From Azolla caroliniana (lineage: Eukaryota; Plantae; Polypodiophyta): 64,000 nt of DNA. A program made the translations under genes and the position numbers. Location of the stretch: assembly GCA_043228905.1 (NCBI GenBank), contig JBHGNT010000022.1:5394001-5458000 (forward strand). Reading direction: 5' to 3'. This document shows, one piece after another, positions 1-12,774 of this stretch. Below the pieces are notes generated by a model. That model was not told where the DNA came from, searched no databases, and saw only the letters and a program-made list of their open reading frames with translations. The stretch's first letter is position 1. Every line of letters starts with the position of its first letter.

Positions 1-3000
1 CAGTGCGAACTCCTGGTCATCTACTCTTTCCCGGATCTAGTGATACCTTCGCTAGATATGCTTCGTCCGGGAATGGTAGACCGCATTCTTAGCAAGGTGG
101 ATGGCACTTTGACTGTCCCAATAGAGCCGGTATTCATCTTGCCGGATACCGAGCTCTCCGATGAAGTCCTTTATCCATAGTATTTCCTTGCCGGCTTCCA
201 TAGCCGCCATGTACTCCGCCTCCTTGGTTGACAACGCAACCGTCTTCTGTAGTCTCGACTGCCACGAAACAGCTCCTCCTGCATATGTCATTACATACTC
301 GGATGTAGACCGGCTGGTATCCACATCAGCCGACATGTTCGAATCAGTAAAACCGTCAAGTTGAGGTTTACTGGAGCCGAATCGGAGACACATATTTGAA
401 GTGCCCTTCAAGTACCAGAGTATCCATTTGACCGCATTCCAGTGCTCCTTGCCGGGATTGCTCATAAACCGGCTCACCACTCCGACTGCGTATCCTATAT
501 CCGGTTGGGTACACACCATTGCGTACATTAAGCTCCCGACAACAGAGGCATATGGAACCTTCATCATATCCTCCTTCTCTGCTTTCGTCTTCGGGCTTTG
601 CTTATCGGATAACCTGCAGTTTGCAGGAAGTGTCGATCCTACCGGTTTCGCATCTGACATGTTGAACCGCTGAAGCACCTTTGTCACGTATTTCTCTTGT
701 AACAACCACAATTGCTTCTTTGACCGGTCCCGGATGATGTGCATCCCCAACATCTGTCTTGCCGAACCCAAGTCTTTCATCGCGAAGGTTCGGTTGAGAG
801 CCTTCTTCAACATCTGTATTTTGGCTTGGTCCCGTCCGACGATCAACATGTCGTCCACGTACAGAAGGAGTATTAGGAAGTCGCCTCCTTCTAACTTCTT
901 CACAAACACGTAATGATCGGCCTGTGTCTTGTGGTACCCTTGATCAATCATGAACGAGTCGAAATTCCGGTACCATTGTCGGGGAGCCTGCTTTAGTCCG
1001 TACAGGCTCTTCTTCAACCGGCATACCAGGTGCTCCTTCCCCTTCTCCACAAATCCTTCCGGTTGCTGCATGTAGATCTCCTCTTCGAGGTCACCGTGAA
1101 GGAATGTCGTCTTCACGTCCAGCTACTCTACCTTGAGGTCCATGCTTGCCGCTATACTCAACACCGTTCGGATGGAGGTCATCTTTACTACCGGGGCAAA
1201 TATGTCGTCGAAGTCCACGCCCTTCTTCTGCTGGAACCCCTTCACCACGATCCTGGCGTTGTATCTCGGGGGGTTGCCGGCATCTCCCGGTTTCAACTTA
1301 TACACCCACTTGTTTCAGACTGCCCTCTTTCCTTTCGGCAACTCCACCAATTCATACGTATGGTTCTCATGTAGGGAATCCATCTCATCCTGCATGGCAC
1401 TTAACCATTTTCGGCTATGGGTGTCACTTTTAGCTTCCTCGAAGCTTTCTGGCTCTCCCTCATCGGTCAGCAGCACATGCTCTGCATCCGGAAATCTCCG
1501 GGGGGGCCTTCTCTCTCTAAGAGGATATCTCTGTCTTTGGGCTTCGGTAACCGGCTCTTGCATTTGCTCTTCATCCGAATCCAATTCGGGGTCTTGGCTG
1601 GTTCCGGTTTAAGCTTCCTCTACTTCTTCTTCTGCCGGTTCGGTATCCTCACCATAACCGGCTTGTTCCTCGAGTGCTAACTGGTCTCTTGCCGGTTGGG
1701 TCTGCTCATCGTAGAATCGATCCTTACCGGTCGACTCGGAGTTCATTATCTTCTTCTCCGACTCCCAGTCAGCAAGCGTCTTGTCCTCCATGAAGATAAT
1801 ATCTCGACTCCGGAATACCTTCTTGTCGACCGGGTCCCACACTCGGTAGCCAAACTCATCGTCGCCATAACCGAGGAATATGCATGGCCGGATCTTTGGA
1901 TCCAGTTTTCCTCTCCGGTCCTTAGCAACATGCCCATACGCAAGACACCCGAACACCTTCAGATGCCAGTAGGACACTTCCTTACCGGTCCAGACTCTCT
2001 GTGGCGTGTCTCCGTCCAAGGGTACCGAGGGTGATCTGTTTATCACATATGTCACCGTCGACAGTGCCTCAGCCCAAAACTTCTTCGGTAGTTTTGCATG
2101 CGCCAACATACTCCGGACCCTCTCCATTATGGTCCGGTTCATCCTGTCGGCCAACCCGTTTAGTTCCGGCGTCTTCGTCATGGTAAATTCGAGCCGGATT
2201 CCCTTCGAGCGACAATACTCCTCGAATTGCCCCCGGTATTCACCTCTGTTATATGCTCGAACCGCCTTCAGCTTCCGGCGGGTTTCTCTTTCCACTCTCG
2301 CATAGAGCTCTTTGAAGACGGATAACACCCGATCCTTCATCTTCAACGGTGTGGCCCACAACTTCCGGCTGTGGTCATCTATGAACGTCACGAAGTACTG
2401 CACTCCGGCATGTGACTTCGTGTCCACTTGACACACATCAGTATGCACCAACTCCAGTGGTGCATTACGACTCATCGGTGGCCTTGGTCGGAAGGAGGTC
2501 CGGTTTTGCTTACCGGCTAGACTATCAGTGCACTTCTCCAAGTGCACGTTCTTCACTAGAATGAGGTTGTCGTTTGCAAGCCTCTTCATCCCCTTCTCGC
2601 TCATGTGACACAACCTCTTCTGCCACAGCTCACCGGCAGTGTCGGATGCCACGTTCACTTCCTCCGGACATAACCGGGCATTCATCAGGTACAACGTGTT
2701 TACCTTCCGGGCCCGAGCCACAATCAGGCTCCCTTTGCTGAACTTCATAACACCGTTCCGGATGCTACCCGTGTAGCCTTCATCATCTAGCCGATCGGTT
2801 GATATCAGGTTCAGACGAACCTCCGGAACGTGTCAGACATCCTTCAACAGTAGCTTGCATCTGGTTGGTGTTGTCAGCCACATGTCTCCTATGCCGACAA
2901 TTCGGCATGTACCTTCATTCCCCATCCGGACACAGCCGTGATCACCGGCTGAGTAGGATGAGAAGCATTTCCGGTCCGGGGTAAGGTGGAACGACGCTCC

Positions 3001-3930
3001 GGAGTCGACCACCCAGGTTATCTCGTCACCGGAAAGGTTTACCTCACTCTCCTCGGTGATGAGCATCAACTCTTTTTCACTTGCCGCGATTGCCATCATT
3101 CCCTTCCGGTCCGTTCCCCTCCGGTCTTTACCGTTCTAGTCCGGTGTCCGCTTCGAATCGGTACCATCAGTTTCCTTGTCTTTCCGGAAATGCCGACAGT
3201 TCTTCTGGAAGTGTCCTGGCTTGCCGCAATAGAAGCAAGTAGGCCTCCCCCTTGACTTTGACCGTGTCCCCGCCTTTTCCCGGTTCTGGGGACTACGGTT
3301 TCTTTGTCTTCCGCGTTCCGATTCGGTAACGAGCGCTTTGGAGTCGGAGCTCATATCCTTATCTTTCCGACGCGCCTCCTCATCTAGCAAGCTCGACTTC
3401 ACTCTTGCTAGGGATAACTGTTTCCCTTCCGGCCCGACGTTGGCCAAGGTGACAACCAACGTCTCCGAGCTATCTGGGAGGGAACCAAGCAGGAGTAGTG
3501 CTAGTGCCTCATCGGCAAGAGGTACTTCCAATGATGTTGCCTGGTGGATCAGCCCCTGGAAGGCATTCATGTGCTCCGCCATGCTGGAGCAATCTTGGTA
3601 CCGGAGTCTTACTAGCTTCCGGAATACCGAAACCTGATTAACAGCATTTTTGTTTTGAAACATAATGTTGATCTTCTCCCAGAGCTCATGAGCCTTGCTC
3701 TCTTCATTGAAGTTGTTGTATAGGCTCATGTCGATGAAGCACCGTATGTACGCCGTTGTCTTCATGTGCATCACCTCCCATATCGTGACGTCGATTTTGT
3801 CCGGTCTCTTGTCCCCGAACTGAACCGGCATCCAAAGATCTTTAACCACGAGCATGTCCCTCATCTTCGACCTCCACACCGAATAGTTGGAGCCAGTGAG
3901 CTTGAACATGCCGCCCAACGATTCGTCCAT
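1..3930 (-). pseudogene. Copia A gag-pol, disrupted by stops
   Basis: ORF pieces show zinc knuckle CFYCGKPGHFQKNC, protease WVVDSGAS, integrase ELVHTDVC..FIDDHSR, RT LLYVDDML, RNaseH FTDS..HSRTKHI. ATG of MDESLGG at 3930. Confidence 0.93.
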
Positions 3931-3960
3931 TTTCTGTGTCACTTCGCTCTGATACCACTT

Positions 3961-4743
3961 TGACATGAACTACACGCTCTGATGAACAACGCTCGGCCAC
4001 AACTGAGCTTAGAATCATACACATAAAACGGGTAATGAACGCACGACACAATGAAGAGAAGAGCACATAGGATGTTTATGTGGAAAACCTAAACACGGGA
4101 AAAACCACAGCAATCCACTAACTGCTAACTATCACTCTGTAACAATATACAACAGTGAGTTCACGAAGGCAACGACCTTGTGCTCACGATATTCGCCACA
4201 GGCAGTGGTTACAACAAAGATACGAACTCTTCGTCTCTTTCTCTCTCCCTCACTGTACACTATTGCGCTCTAATCTTACGCCAACAAGAATGACAACAAC
4301 CATTTCATAAGTTTGCCCTAAGTCATATACTAACATGACTTTTCGGCTATTTACAAATATAGCCCCGATGGGCTCTCAGAAAAACATATTTATGAATATG
4401 TCCCTTCATCCGGTGAGCACTCCTCACCGGGCCTGCATCATCCGGCTCTTGCCGGGTACTAGTCATCCGCTTCTCACCGGGTCTTCCATAGCCGCGTAGT
4501 CGTCAACCGGTTTTCACCGGGTCTTCCATTTCTCGGTACTCGTCATCCAGTTTTCACCGGGTCTTCCGTTTCCGGGTACTCCACATCCGGTTCTCACCGG
4601 GTCTTCCGTGTCCGGTACTCCACATCTGGTTCTCACCGGGTCTTCCGTAGCCAGGTAGGGCACATCCGGTTTCGGCCTCGGCCGAGTTTGCTCATCAATA
4701 CTGTTCTTCTCACTTCCCATCCCGAGGGAACTGTTTCCTAACA
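3961..4743 (-). repeat. 5' LTR of copia A, with CCGG-rich tandem units at ~4430-4670
   Basis: TG...CA termini next to the PBS; repeated catccggttctcaccgggtcttccgt units; similar to the E LTRs and to 31193-31819. Confidence 0.88.
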
Positions 4744-7700
4744 AAACAAAGGGCATATTCTTAGCAGCACTCCGGGAACCCTTACGAACGGTGTGCACCG
4801 TCATTGATTTCCGCACCAGCAGCGTAGATCAAGTGATCGACCGAGTTCGGGAAATGGAAAACTCAAGTTCATGGCTAACCATGGGCACACTTTAGCATGC
4901 ACTACCGATAGATGAGGACCTCTGTTTCCGGCAAGCATTTCAATGTATGACATGCCTGAATGCCGGACATTCGGCGCTGGAATGCACCATGCGTTTGCAA
5001 TGCTTGCTCTGCCACTCCTGAAGTCACACAATGGAATGGTGTGAGTATAACTTGTTAAATCGGCAAGCACCACTGGTCCGACAAATTGAACCACGAAGCA
5101 ACTAGGAGGAAGAAGAAGAACGTTGGTGTAGAGAGGAGCGCTATCGGCCGGCTCAAGATGTCTGGTACAACGATCGAAGAGACGCTTATGACCGGTATAA
5201 CAGTCAGGATAGATACCGGGACTATAATGGACGGTACGAGAGATACAACTAGGATCACTCCCCTAGTTACAACCAATGACGGGACGACTATGGCAAGTAT
5301 GATGACCAGCCCCGTCAAGGTTACCGAAACAAAAAGAATTTCAACAAGAAACGTCATTTCAACAAAAAGGGGGTCATCCACGAGAACCGGAAAAGGGCGC
5401 TCCAAGCAGTCAACCGGACCAAAACCAAGCACTTACCACAGGACCTCAACCAACCACAAACGCCGAATCTAGCAACACCCGGAAGGCGTACTGCTATTAT
5501 TGCCGCCAAGAAGGCCACTATAGTAACCAATGTCCGGCAAAGAGCTACCACAAGCGACCAGCGGTGAACATGGTAGACACGGAAGTCACGGACTTACAAC
5601 AAGTCACTACAAGATCAAAAGGCTAAGCCACGGAGTGGGAAACTCAAGAAGCCATCTGGAAGCAGGCAACCGAATGGGTGAAGAAGGCAAAAGAGCGGAA
5701 TGTGGTAGAGCTCGAACAACAAAAGGAGAATGCCGAAGAGCTCACTGGCCCGGGGCAGCTCGAAAACCCAACATGGCAGGCGTTACAAGAATGCCAAAAA
5801 ACGTTGTCGTTAGGCTGACTATTGCAACTGGTACCATGCTTGACGGAAGGACTGAAGACAGGAAGCACGGCAACAGACACACCACCGGCTCCGGCATTCT
5901 TTTCAAATCCGGAGGAAGGACGGGCAGTGGTAGACACGAGCAGTCCGGCAATCACAGCCATTGTGAAAGGAAAAGAGCTACCCAACACGATTATTGATGG
6001 AGGATCCGGGGTGAACGTGATCAGCCTCCGAACGTGTAACACTCTAGGAATATATGATTGGGAACCATGCCTGTTTTGGCTTCGGTTGGTGGACACAAGC
6101 TCAGTACGGCCGACCGGATTAATACGTGATCTGGAAGTGACCATCGGGGGTCACACATTTCGCATTTCCGCAGTAGTTCTCCAGCTATAGGCTCAGGGAG
6201 CTTACCCACTATTGTTGGCATCCCCTTGGTTAAAAACGACACACATCAAGCAAAACTGGAGGAAGAATATCATTTCGTTCCGACATGGAAAAGCGAAAGT
6301 GCGAGTACCGACTCAACCACGGTCTGGTACCGGCAAGGAATCAACGCCACTATATGCGGAATGTGTCAACATGCTGGAAGGATTGGCGGACGAAGAGGTC
6401 GATCAATACTTACAGGAAAATCCGAAGATCGTACCTCTTTTCGAGATTGATGTAGCCGAAGTAGTATCACCGTACATACTGCAACCGGACAGGACTGACG
6501 AGGAACCGGATAAAGAAGCGATCCGAGAGTTACAACAAGACAGGAGGCACTGGAAAGGGAAATGGCAGTGTCGCAACGCGTAAAAGCATTCCAACTAGAA
6601 GAGGTAAACCTAGGTACCATAGACGACGCAAGACCGGTTCACATCGCCAAGGAAATGACCCCGGAGAACAAAATGGCAATGATCACACTCCTAAAAGAAT
6701 TTCGCGATGTGTTCGCCTAGTCCTATGAGGACATGCGGGGACTCGATCCTGAGTTGTATCAACACCAGATACATCTGAGTAAAGACGCCACACCGGTAGT
6801 GCAACGGCGTTACCGGATGAACCCGAATTACGCAGCAAAAGTCAAAGAAGAAATCGACAAGTTGCTAAGTGTTGGCTTCATCCGACCGGTAAAGAAAGCC
6901 ACATGGCTCAGTCCGATAGTCGTAGTACCGAAAAAGAACGATAAGATAAGAGTTTGCATCGACTACCGGAAATTGAATACGGCTACGGTAACAGACGCCT
7001 TTCCACTTCCATTCACGGATGGAGTCATGAGGTGTATAGTTTTCTGGACCATTTTAGCGGCTATAATCAGATCCGGATGCACCCCGACGACCAGGAGAAA
7101 ACCGCTTTTGTCACCAAATAGAGAGTCTTTGTTGCCGTAGTGATGATGTTCGGACTGAAAACGGTGTCGGCAACCTTCCAGCGGATCATCATGGAGATTT
7201 TTGGAGAATTCATTCGGGCATTCATGCAGGTGTTCTTGGACGACTTCGTTGTCTATAGTTGAAAAGGGGATCACCTTCAGCACCTTCGACTATGTTTGGA
7301 GAAATGTAGGGTTTACCGACTAAGCCTGAACCCGGCAAAATGCATGTTTGGAGTGGGCAACAGAGCGTTACTTGGCCACATCATGAGCAACGACGGTATT
7401 GCAGTGGATCCGGACAAGGTCAAAGCTATTTTGGAGGCATCGGCACCAACCACGGCAAAGGCATTAAGCCGGTTCTTAGGACAAATTCGGTGGCATAGCC
7501 GAATGGTCTGGTATCTGGCAGACCTGGCTACACCATTGCATGTCGTGGTACATCGGACACCGTTCCAATGGACAGACACGGAAGACCAGGCTTACCGGGC
7601 ACTTAAAGTATTGTTGTCACAAGGGCCGGTGGTGCAACCTCCGGATTGGTCTAAAGAGTTCCATGTGTTCGTTGACGCGTCCGACATCGCAATCGAGAGC

Positions 7701-9596
7701 GCGCTTATGCAACTTACAGAACCGAAGTGGTACCGGCCAGTGTATTATGGCAGCCGGAAGCTGTCCCAAGCAGAACGTAATTATTCCACAACGGAAAGCG
7801 AGGCCTTGGGTATGATCTACAATGTCACCTAGTTTAGACACTATCTATTGGGAAGGAAATTTTCCTTTCACGTAGATCATTCGACGCTCCTATACTTGGT
7901 GTCCAAAGCATCACTCACCGGTAAGCTGGCCCGGTGGACGCTACTATTACAAGAAATTGAGTTCGAGATATTCCACCGAACCGGCATACAACATGCGGTA
8001 GCAGACTATTTGAGCCGATTAGATTCCGGCGAAATCGGTGACGGCGGCCCAGACGACTTTCCGGATGGAGAGCTATTTAGAGTTACAGCAGAAACGACAA
8101 CGGATGGTACGGTCGCAGAGGAAGAAAAGTGGCTCACCAGCATGCACCAATTTCTGAGCATTGGCTTACCTCGGGAGGAGATGAACAGAGACGAAAGGAA
8201 ACACTTAGTGGTTCAAAGCCGGCACTTCTGTCTATTACAGGACACACTGTACCACAAAGGTGCAGATGGCATATGGCGGCGTGCAGTGCGCAACGACGAA
8301 AAGGAAATAATATTGCGCGAGGCACACTACAGAGTGGTTGGAGGACATTATGCCAGAGACGCTACGGCAAGGAAAATATGGCAGAGTGGACTATGGTGGC
8401 TGACAACATTGAAGGATGCAATCCGATACACTAAAGAATGCGACCTATGTTAGCGAATGGGCCAACCAACCAAACAAGCCAGGATGCCTCACCAGCCCGT
8501 GCTAGGATTAGAACCATTTCAGAAATGGGGGCTGGATTTTGTCGGTCCATTCAAACCACCAGCAATGAGAACCAGCAACCGGTACGTAATTGTAGCTACG
8601 GATTATTGCACAAAATGGCTGGAAGCCAAAGCACTACGCGACAACACCGTGGCATCCAAGACAAAAAATTTATATGAATACATCTGGTGCCGGTATGGAT
8701 GTCCGATAGAGCTAATAAATGACCAAGGTGGGCACTTCTTAGGGCTAGTGGAAAGTTTGACGACCTTTTATGCGGTGGTGCACAAACAGAGCACTCCCTA
8801 TTATCCGCAAGCCAATGGCTTAGCCGAGTCAACAAATAAAACACTACACAACATCCTTCGAAAAATCGTCAATGAGAACCGGATGGATTGGGAAACAAAG
8901 CTACACAGTGCACTCTGGGCCTACCGAATGACATATAAGACAAGTATCCGCACAACACCGTTTTGCCTAGCATTCGGATTGGAAGCAGTGATGCCGGTCG
9001 AGTTCCAGGTACCGAGTTTACGAATACAGATTCGGGAACGCCTAAATGAGAAGGAATCGGAAGTTATCCGGTTAGCCGCGCTGTGCGAATTAGAAGAACA
9101 CCGGCTAGACAACATCATGCACCTAGAACTAGAGTAGCGGCGAAGGAAAGCGTTCGTGGATCGTCACCGAAAAGGGAACGAAAAGATGTTCGGAATCGGT
9201 AAGCCGGTACTAGTATTCCAGACCCTGATGGGTAAGATGCCAGGGAAGCTACAGTTTCAGTGAACCGGACCATACTGGATCACGCATGAGTTCAATGGTT
9301 CCTACCAGTTAGGGACAGTCGTCGGCGAGGTTCTGGGTAAATGGGTCAATGGGATCCGACTCAAACCATACAATGGACCCATGCCAAGAAACCCATTTGA
9401 ACAAGTAAAGGTCGACACAGAACCAGACACCGGTAAGTCGGAAGAGACGGCAACACGTTTAGCAATCGGCAAGCGCGAAGCCGGTAAGAGGGAGCACGAG
9501 CTGGCAAATAGCAAGAACAACGCAACGGCAAGTAGTCCAGCGGCCGACAAGTCCCACAATCCGGATAGGGGTCCAGTGGGACCGGATGTGAATTAA
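4744..9596 (+). pseudogene. Gypsy B gag-pol (PR-RT-RH-INT), frameshifted and stop-disrupted
   Basis: ORF fragments 5822-6190, 6733-7140, 7296-7832, 7848-8453 and 8457-9137 carry the canonical motifs in gypsy order. Confidence 0.9.
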
Positions 9597-9819
9597 CCAA
9601 ACCGTTTTTAAGAAAAAAATAAAATAAAATAAAATAAAATAAAAGTAAATCATGCAAGGGCGAGGGGTGAACGGACACATGCAAGAACAAGGAGTGAATA
9701 GGCACTTTGAAAAGGTACATAGTGGGCTATTAGTAGGATATTAAATAGTCGTCACATGGCACGTCATTCTATTTTAGTACACGACATGCACACGTGCGAG
9801 TCAGGAAAAAGGCGCCAAC

Positions 9820-12279
9820 ATGCAGCAAGAAAACTCCCACCGCGTGGAAGCCTTCACATTTCGCGAACAGAGGAGCACAAACAAGCATAGGCGATTAAAA
9901 ATCATCAGATGCGAGCCCACGCACATAGAGCCTCCTCAAACACACCCCTCACTAGCGCTCACTGACCTCGAAGAAGCCGTGGACTGCCAAGCACTCTCTG
10001 AAGTAGCCAAGAAGTGGCTAAGGCAACACGGGTTAGAAGGTTTCCTCACAATCATGGAGAAGATATTAAAGGAAATCGACACGGAACTAATCACGGAGGA
10101 GGCCATCCATGCTTTGATTGGCCTTCCGGAAGGGGGCATCTTCACTATCGACAACCCTACCCCGGAGCAGCTTCGAAAATGTTTTGGGGAATACTCTCTG
10201 GTCAGCAAGGCTTACCGTACACAGGGCGGCGAAGATCCACTATTTTAAGAGATTTCCCGTGTGCTCCATGAATTTGGACATGTATACCCTCGACCCCTGT
10301 GCATGCCTCAGAACCGAGCTAGCTTAATCATAGCAACATATGAAGGCTTGAAGGTGGTCTGGCTAGTACTAATTGCGGATGGCCTATGTGCGGCCATCGA
10401 CTCTGTAAGAGGCAAGGAGGGTCAGAAGATATGGACGGTAGTGGTGCAATGGCTCACCCTATTGGCGCCACCTATCGAGCCCGTCAAGACCATGAAGCGA
10501 GGAAGAACAACCGAAGGCACCCCGAAAACGGCCTCGAAACGGCAGCAACTGTTGGCCTCTAAGGCAACCAAAGGGAAGGCGGCCGACATGGACCAAGCGG
10601 CAAAGGAGCGCGCCAATAGGAAGCGGCAGGCAGAAACACAAGAGGAGCCACCGGCACGGCCAATCAAGATCAGACTTCACCAACCACTAGCCAGTGTCAC
10701 CAACAGCCAACCCTCCAGGCAGACGCAACAACATGACCCCGACAGCCAATGGCTCCGGTGGATTGGAGAACAGATTGCTGGAGTGATGCACTACATAGAG
10801 GCGGAAGAGAAAGCGCAGATGGACCGGTTGGTCATCACAACTGGAGAACTAGAGACGGCCCGGTCAAGGATCTGGAGCCTAGAACAAGACTTGGACCTGG
10901 CCACAGAAGAATTGGCCAAAATGGCCTTAACCGGACCAACAATCCAAGCACCGGTGACTCCGGTAGATGTATAGAATAAAGACACACTGGCACCTGTACA
11001 TAGCAATAAGACCCCGGAGACGGAACTAGTCCCGGAGATAGTGGCGGCGCAAGCAAAAGAGCTTGCTGAATGGAAAGATGAATTGGCCGCACAAGAAGCA
11101 TTACGCACCCGAGAAAGGGACTTGAAGAAAGCGGCAGAAGAAGAACAAAGGAAGATTGCTGAGAACCTCCGTTGGGCAGAAGACAATTTGTGGAAAGGAC
11201 ATCAAGCATATGATCGGCTTAAGGAGGAGAAAGAGAAAGCGCTACAAGAAAAGGAGAAGCTGCGACGGATGGTGGAAATGGAGATTGAAAGACTTAAAGA
11301 AGAACTCCGTCAACAAAAGGATCGGGAAGACCGCGCTCGCCGACAACTCAACCAGAAGCTGAAGCAGAAGACCGATGATTTTGAGCACCTACACTGGGAC
11401 TACAAGCACCTGGATATGGAGCATAGGAACTAGCGGGAGAAGATGGCAGAGCTCCGGTAGGAGGTGCATCGAGCTGAGACGGCGCTAGCGGAGGAACGGG
11501 CTGAAAGAACCATGCTGCTGGAGGAAGCCGCGCAAGAACATATGGAGCTCCATAAGCAACATTATGAAGAGAAGGAAAGAGTGACAATGGTATTGCAGAG
11601 GTTGCAGAACACCTACCAACACCAATTGTCACATTATCGGGAGCAGGAGGCGGACACAGTGGCGCTGATCAAGCAATTGAAGGAAGAACGACAAGCCGCA
11701 GAGGACAAATCGAAGATGGGATTGGATTGGATCTAGTTCATTGTCCAGGCATGGAGGAACAAGACAAAATGCTTGATTGACGAAAGCCCCGCGCAATGGT
11801 GGGACAAATGGGCAAAACACACAGCCGAGCTCTACTTCCTAAGGGCGGGTGCGGAAAACCGGCAGAAGGATGGCGACAACTGCTACATGCTAACAAAGGA
11901 GGACTTCACCGCTATAAGAGATGAGTTAGCAGAAGTTTTTGTAACTCTAGCAAAGGAACAGTCAGCAATGGTTCCACAACTGGTAGCACAGTTGGACGAT
12001 GATCGATTGGATGCTCAAATCCAGTTTGAAAGTTATGAGCGGACCAGGTTACGGAAAGAAGAAGCAAAGCAAGTGGCGACCATCAACCTCAGTGATGAGG
12101 AGTCATTGTCGGGGCAAGGACCAGACGGAGGCAAGGCCGGGATGAGTCAACCGGAGTCAAATCCGGCGAAGCAGCTGACGGAGGAATTGCCGCCACAACC
12201 ACAACAGCAACAACAGAGTTCCGAAGAACCATTGGACACCTTGGAGCAGAGTATTCTGGATATCTTGGACGAAGGGTAA
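9820..12279 (+). pseudogene. Extra 3' ORF of element B (~819 codons; N-terminal globular part plus long coiled coil)
   Basis: ORFs 9820, 10261, 11041, 11464 and 11773 are all in one frame and separated only by in-frame stops; E/K/R/Q-rich region ~10790-11730. Confidence 0.8.
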
Positions 12280-12332
12280 GGGCTGGATAGCGGGATTCGA
12301 CGTACAAGGTACTATTGCACGGGCGTGCCATG

Positions 12333-12774
12333 TGTTACTCGGCCGGCAAAGGAGTTAAAGACCATAATGTGAAAGGGAATGCTTATTCGGAATAGATTAT
12401 AATTAAGTAGTTTATAAGACGTGAACGGACGGACCGGAATCGGTATGCCGATCTGGATCCGAACCGGTTCCGAACTAGTGCCGGTTGGCACCGTTTTGTA
12501 CTCAACACCGGTGACCTCTATAAAGGCCCTGTTACAATGTAAAACTTTGACGGATAATTAATAGAGATTCTTGTTTTATCTTTAAGTATTGATTACCGTT
12601 CTGTACTAATTGTTCTATCATACGCGTGTATCAAGTCTAATGCCATATTGCTAAGTAAGCAATTAAGTCTGATTAATCGTTGTGTCTTAAGTTATCTCGC
12701 CGTAACACCCCTTTGGTGAAGTGTCTTCTGTAGACACCCTGTGTTAGGCCATTGTCCGGCCCTAAGGAATAACA
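12333..12774 (+). repeat. 3' LTR of gypsy B
   Basis: TGTTA...TAACA inverted termini, TATA-like ctataaa near 12518, abrupt junction with copia RT sequence. The partner LTR is not in the window. Confidence 0.75.

Larger units (their letters stand above)
1..4743 (-). mobile_element. Ty1/copia LTR retrotransposon A (3' end outside window), inserted into gag of gypsy B
   Basis: Domain order Gag-PR-INT-RT-RH on the minus strand; 5' LTR 3961-4743 (TGTTAGG...TGTCA); PBS TGGTATCAGAGC at 3946-3957; B gag reading frame resumes at 4744. Confidence 0.95.
4744..12774 (+). mobile_element. Ty3/gypsy non-chromovirus (Athila/Tat-like) element B; 5' part outside window; inserted into RT of copia C
   Basis: Gag with two CCHC knuckles (~4945-5045), protease IIDGGSGVN, RT WLSPIVVVPKK..CIDYRKLN..FLDDF, RH VFVDASD, INT WGLDFVGP..YYPQANG..TGPY, extra 3' ORF, LTR 12333-12774 (TGTTA...TAACA). 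C RT resumes at 12775. Confidence 0.9.

Noticed and set aside
5055-5472. Thr-rich and hydrophobic ORFs resembling mucin or membrane proteins
   Set aside because: They are alternative frames of the R/D/Y-rich low-complexity linker of B gag.
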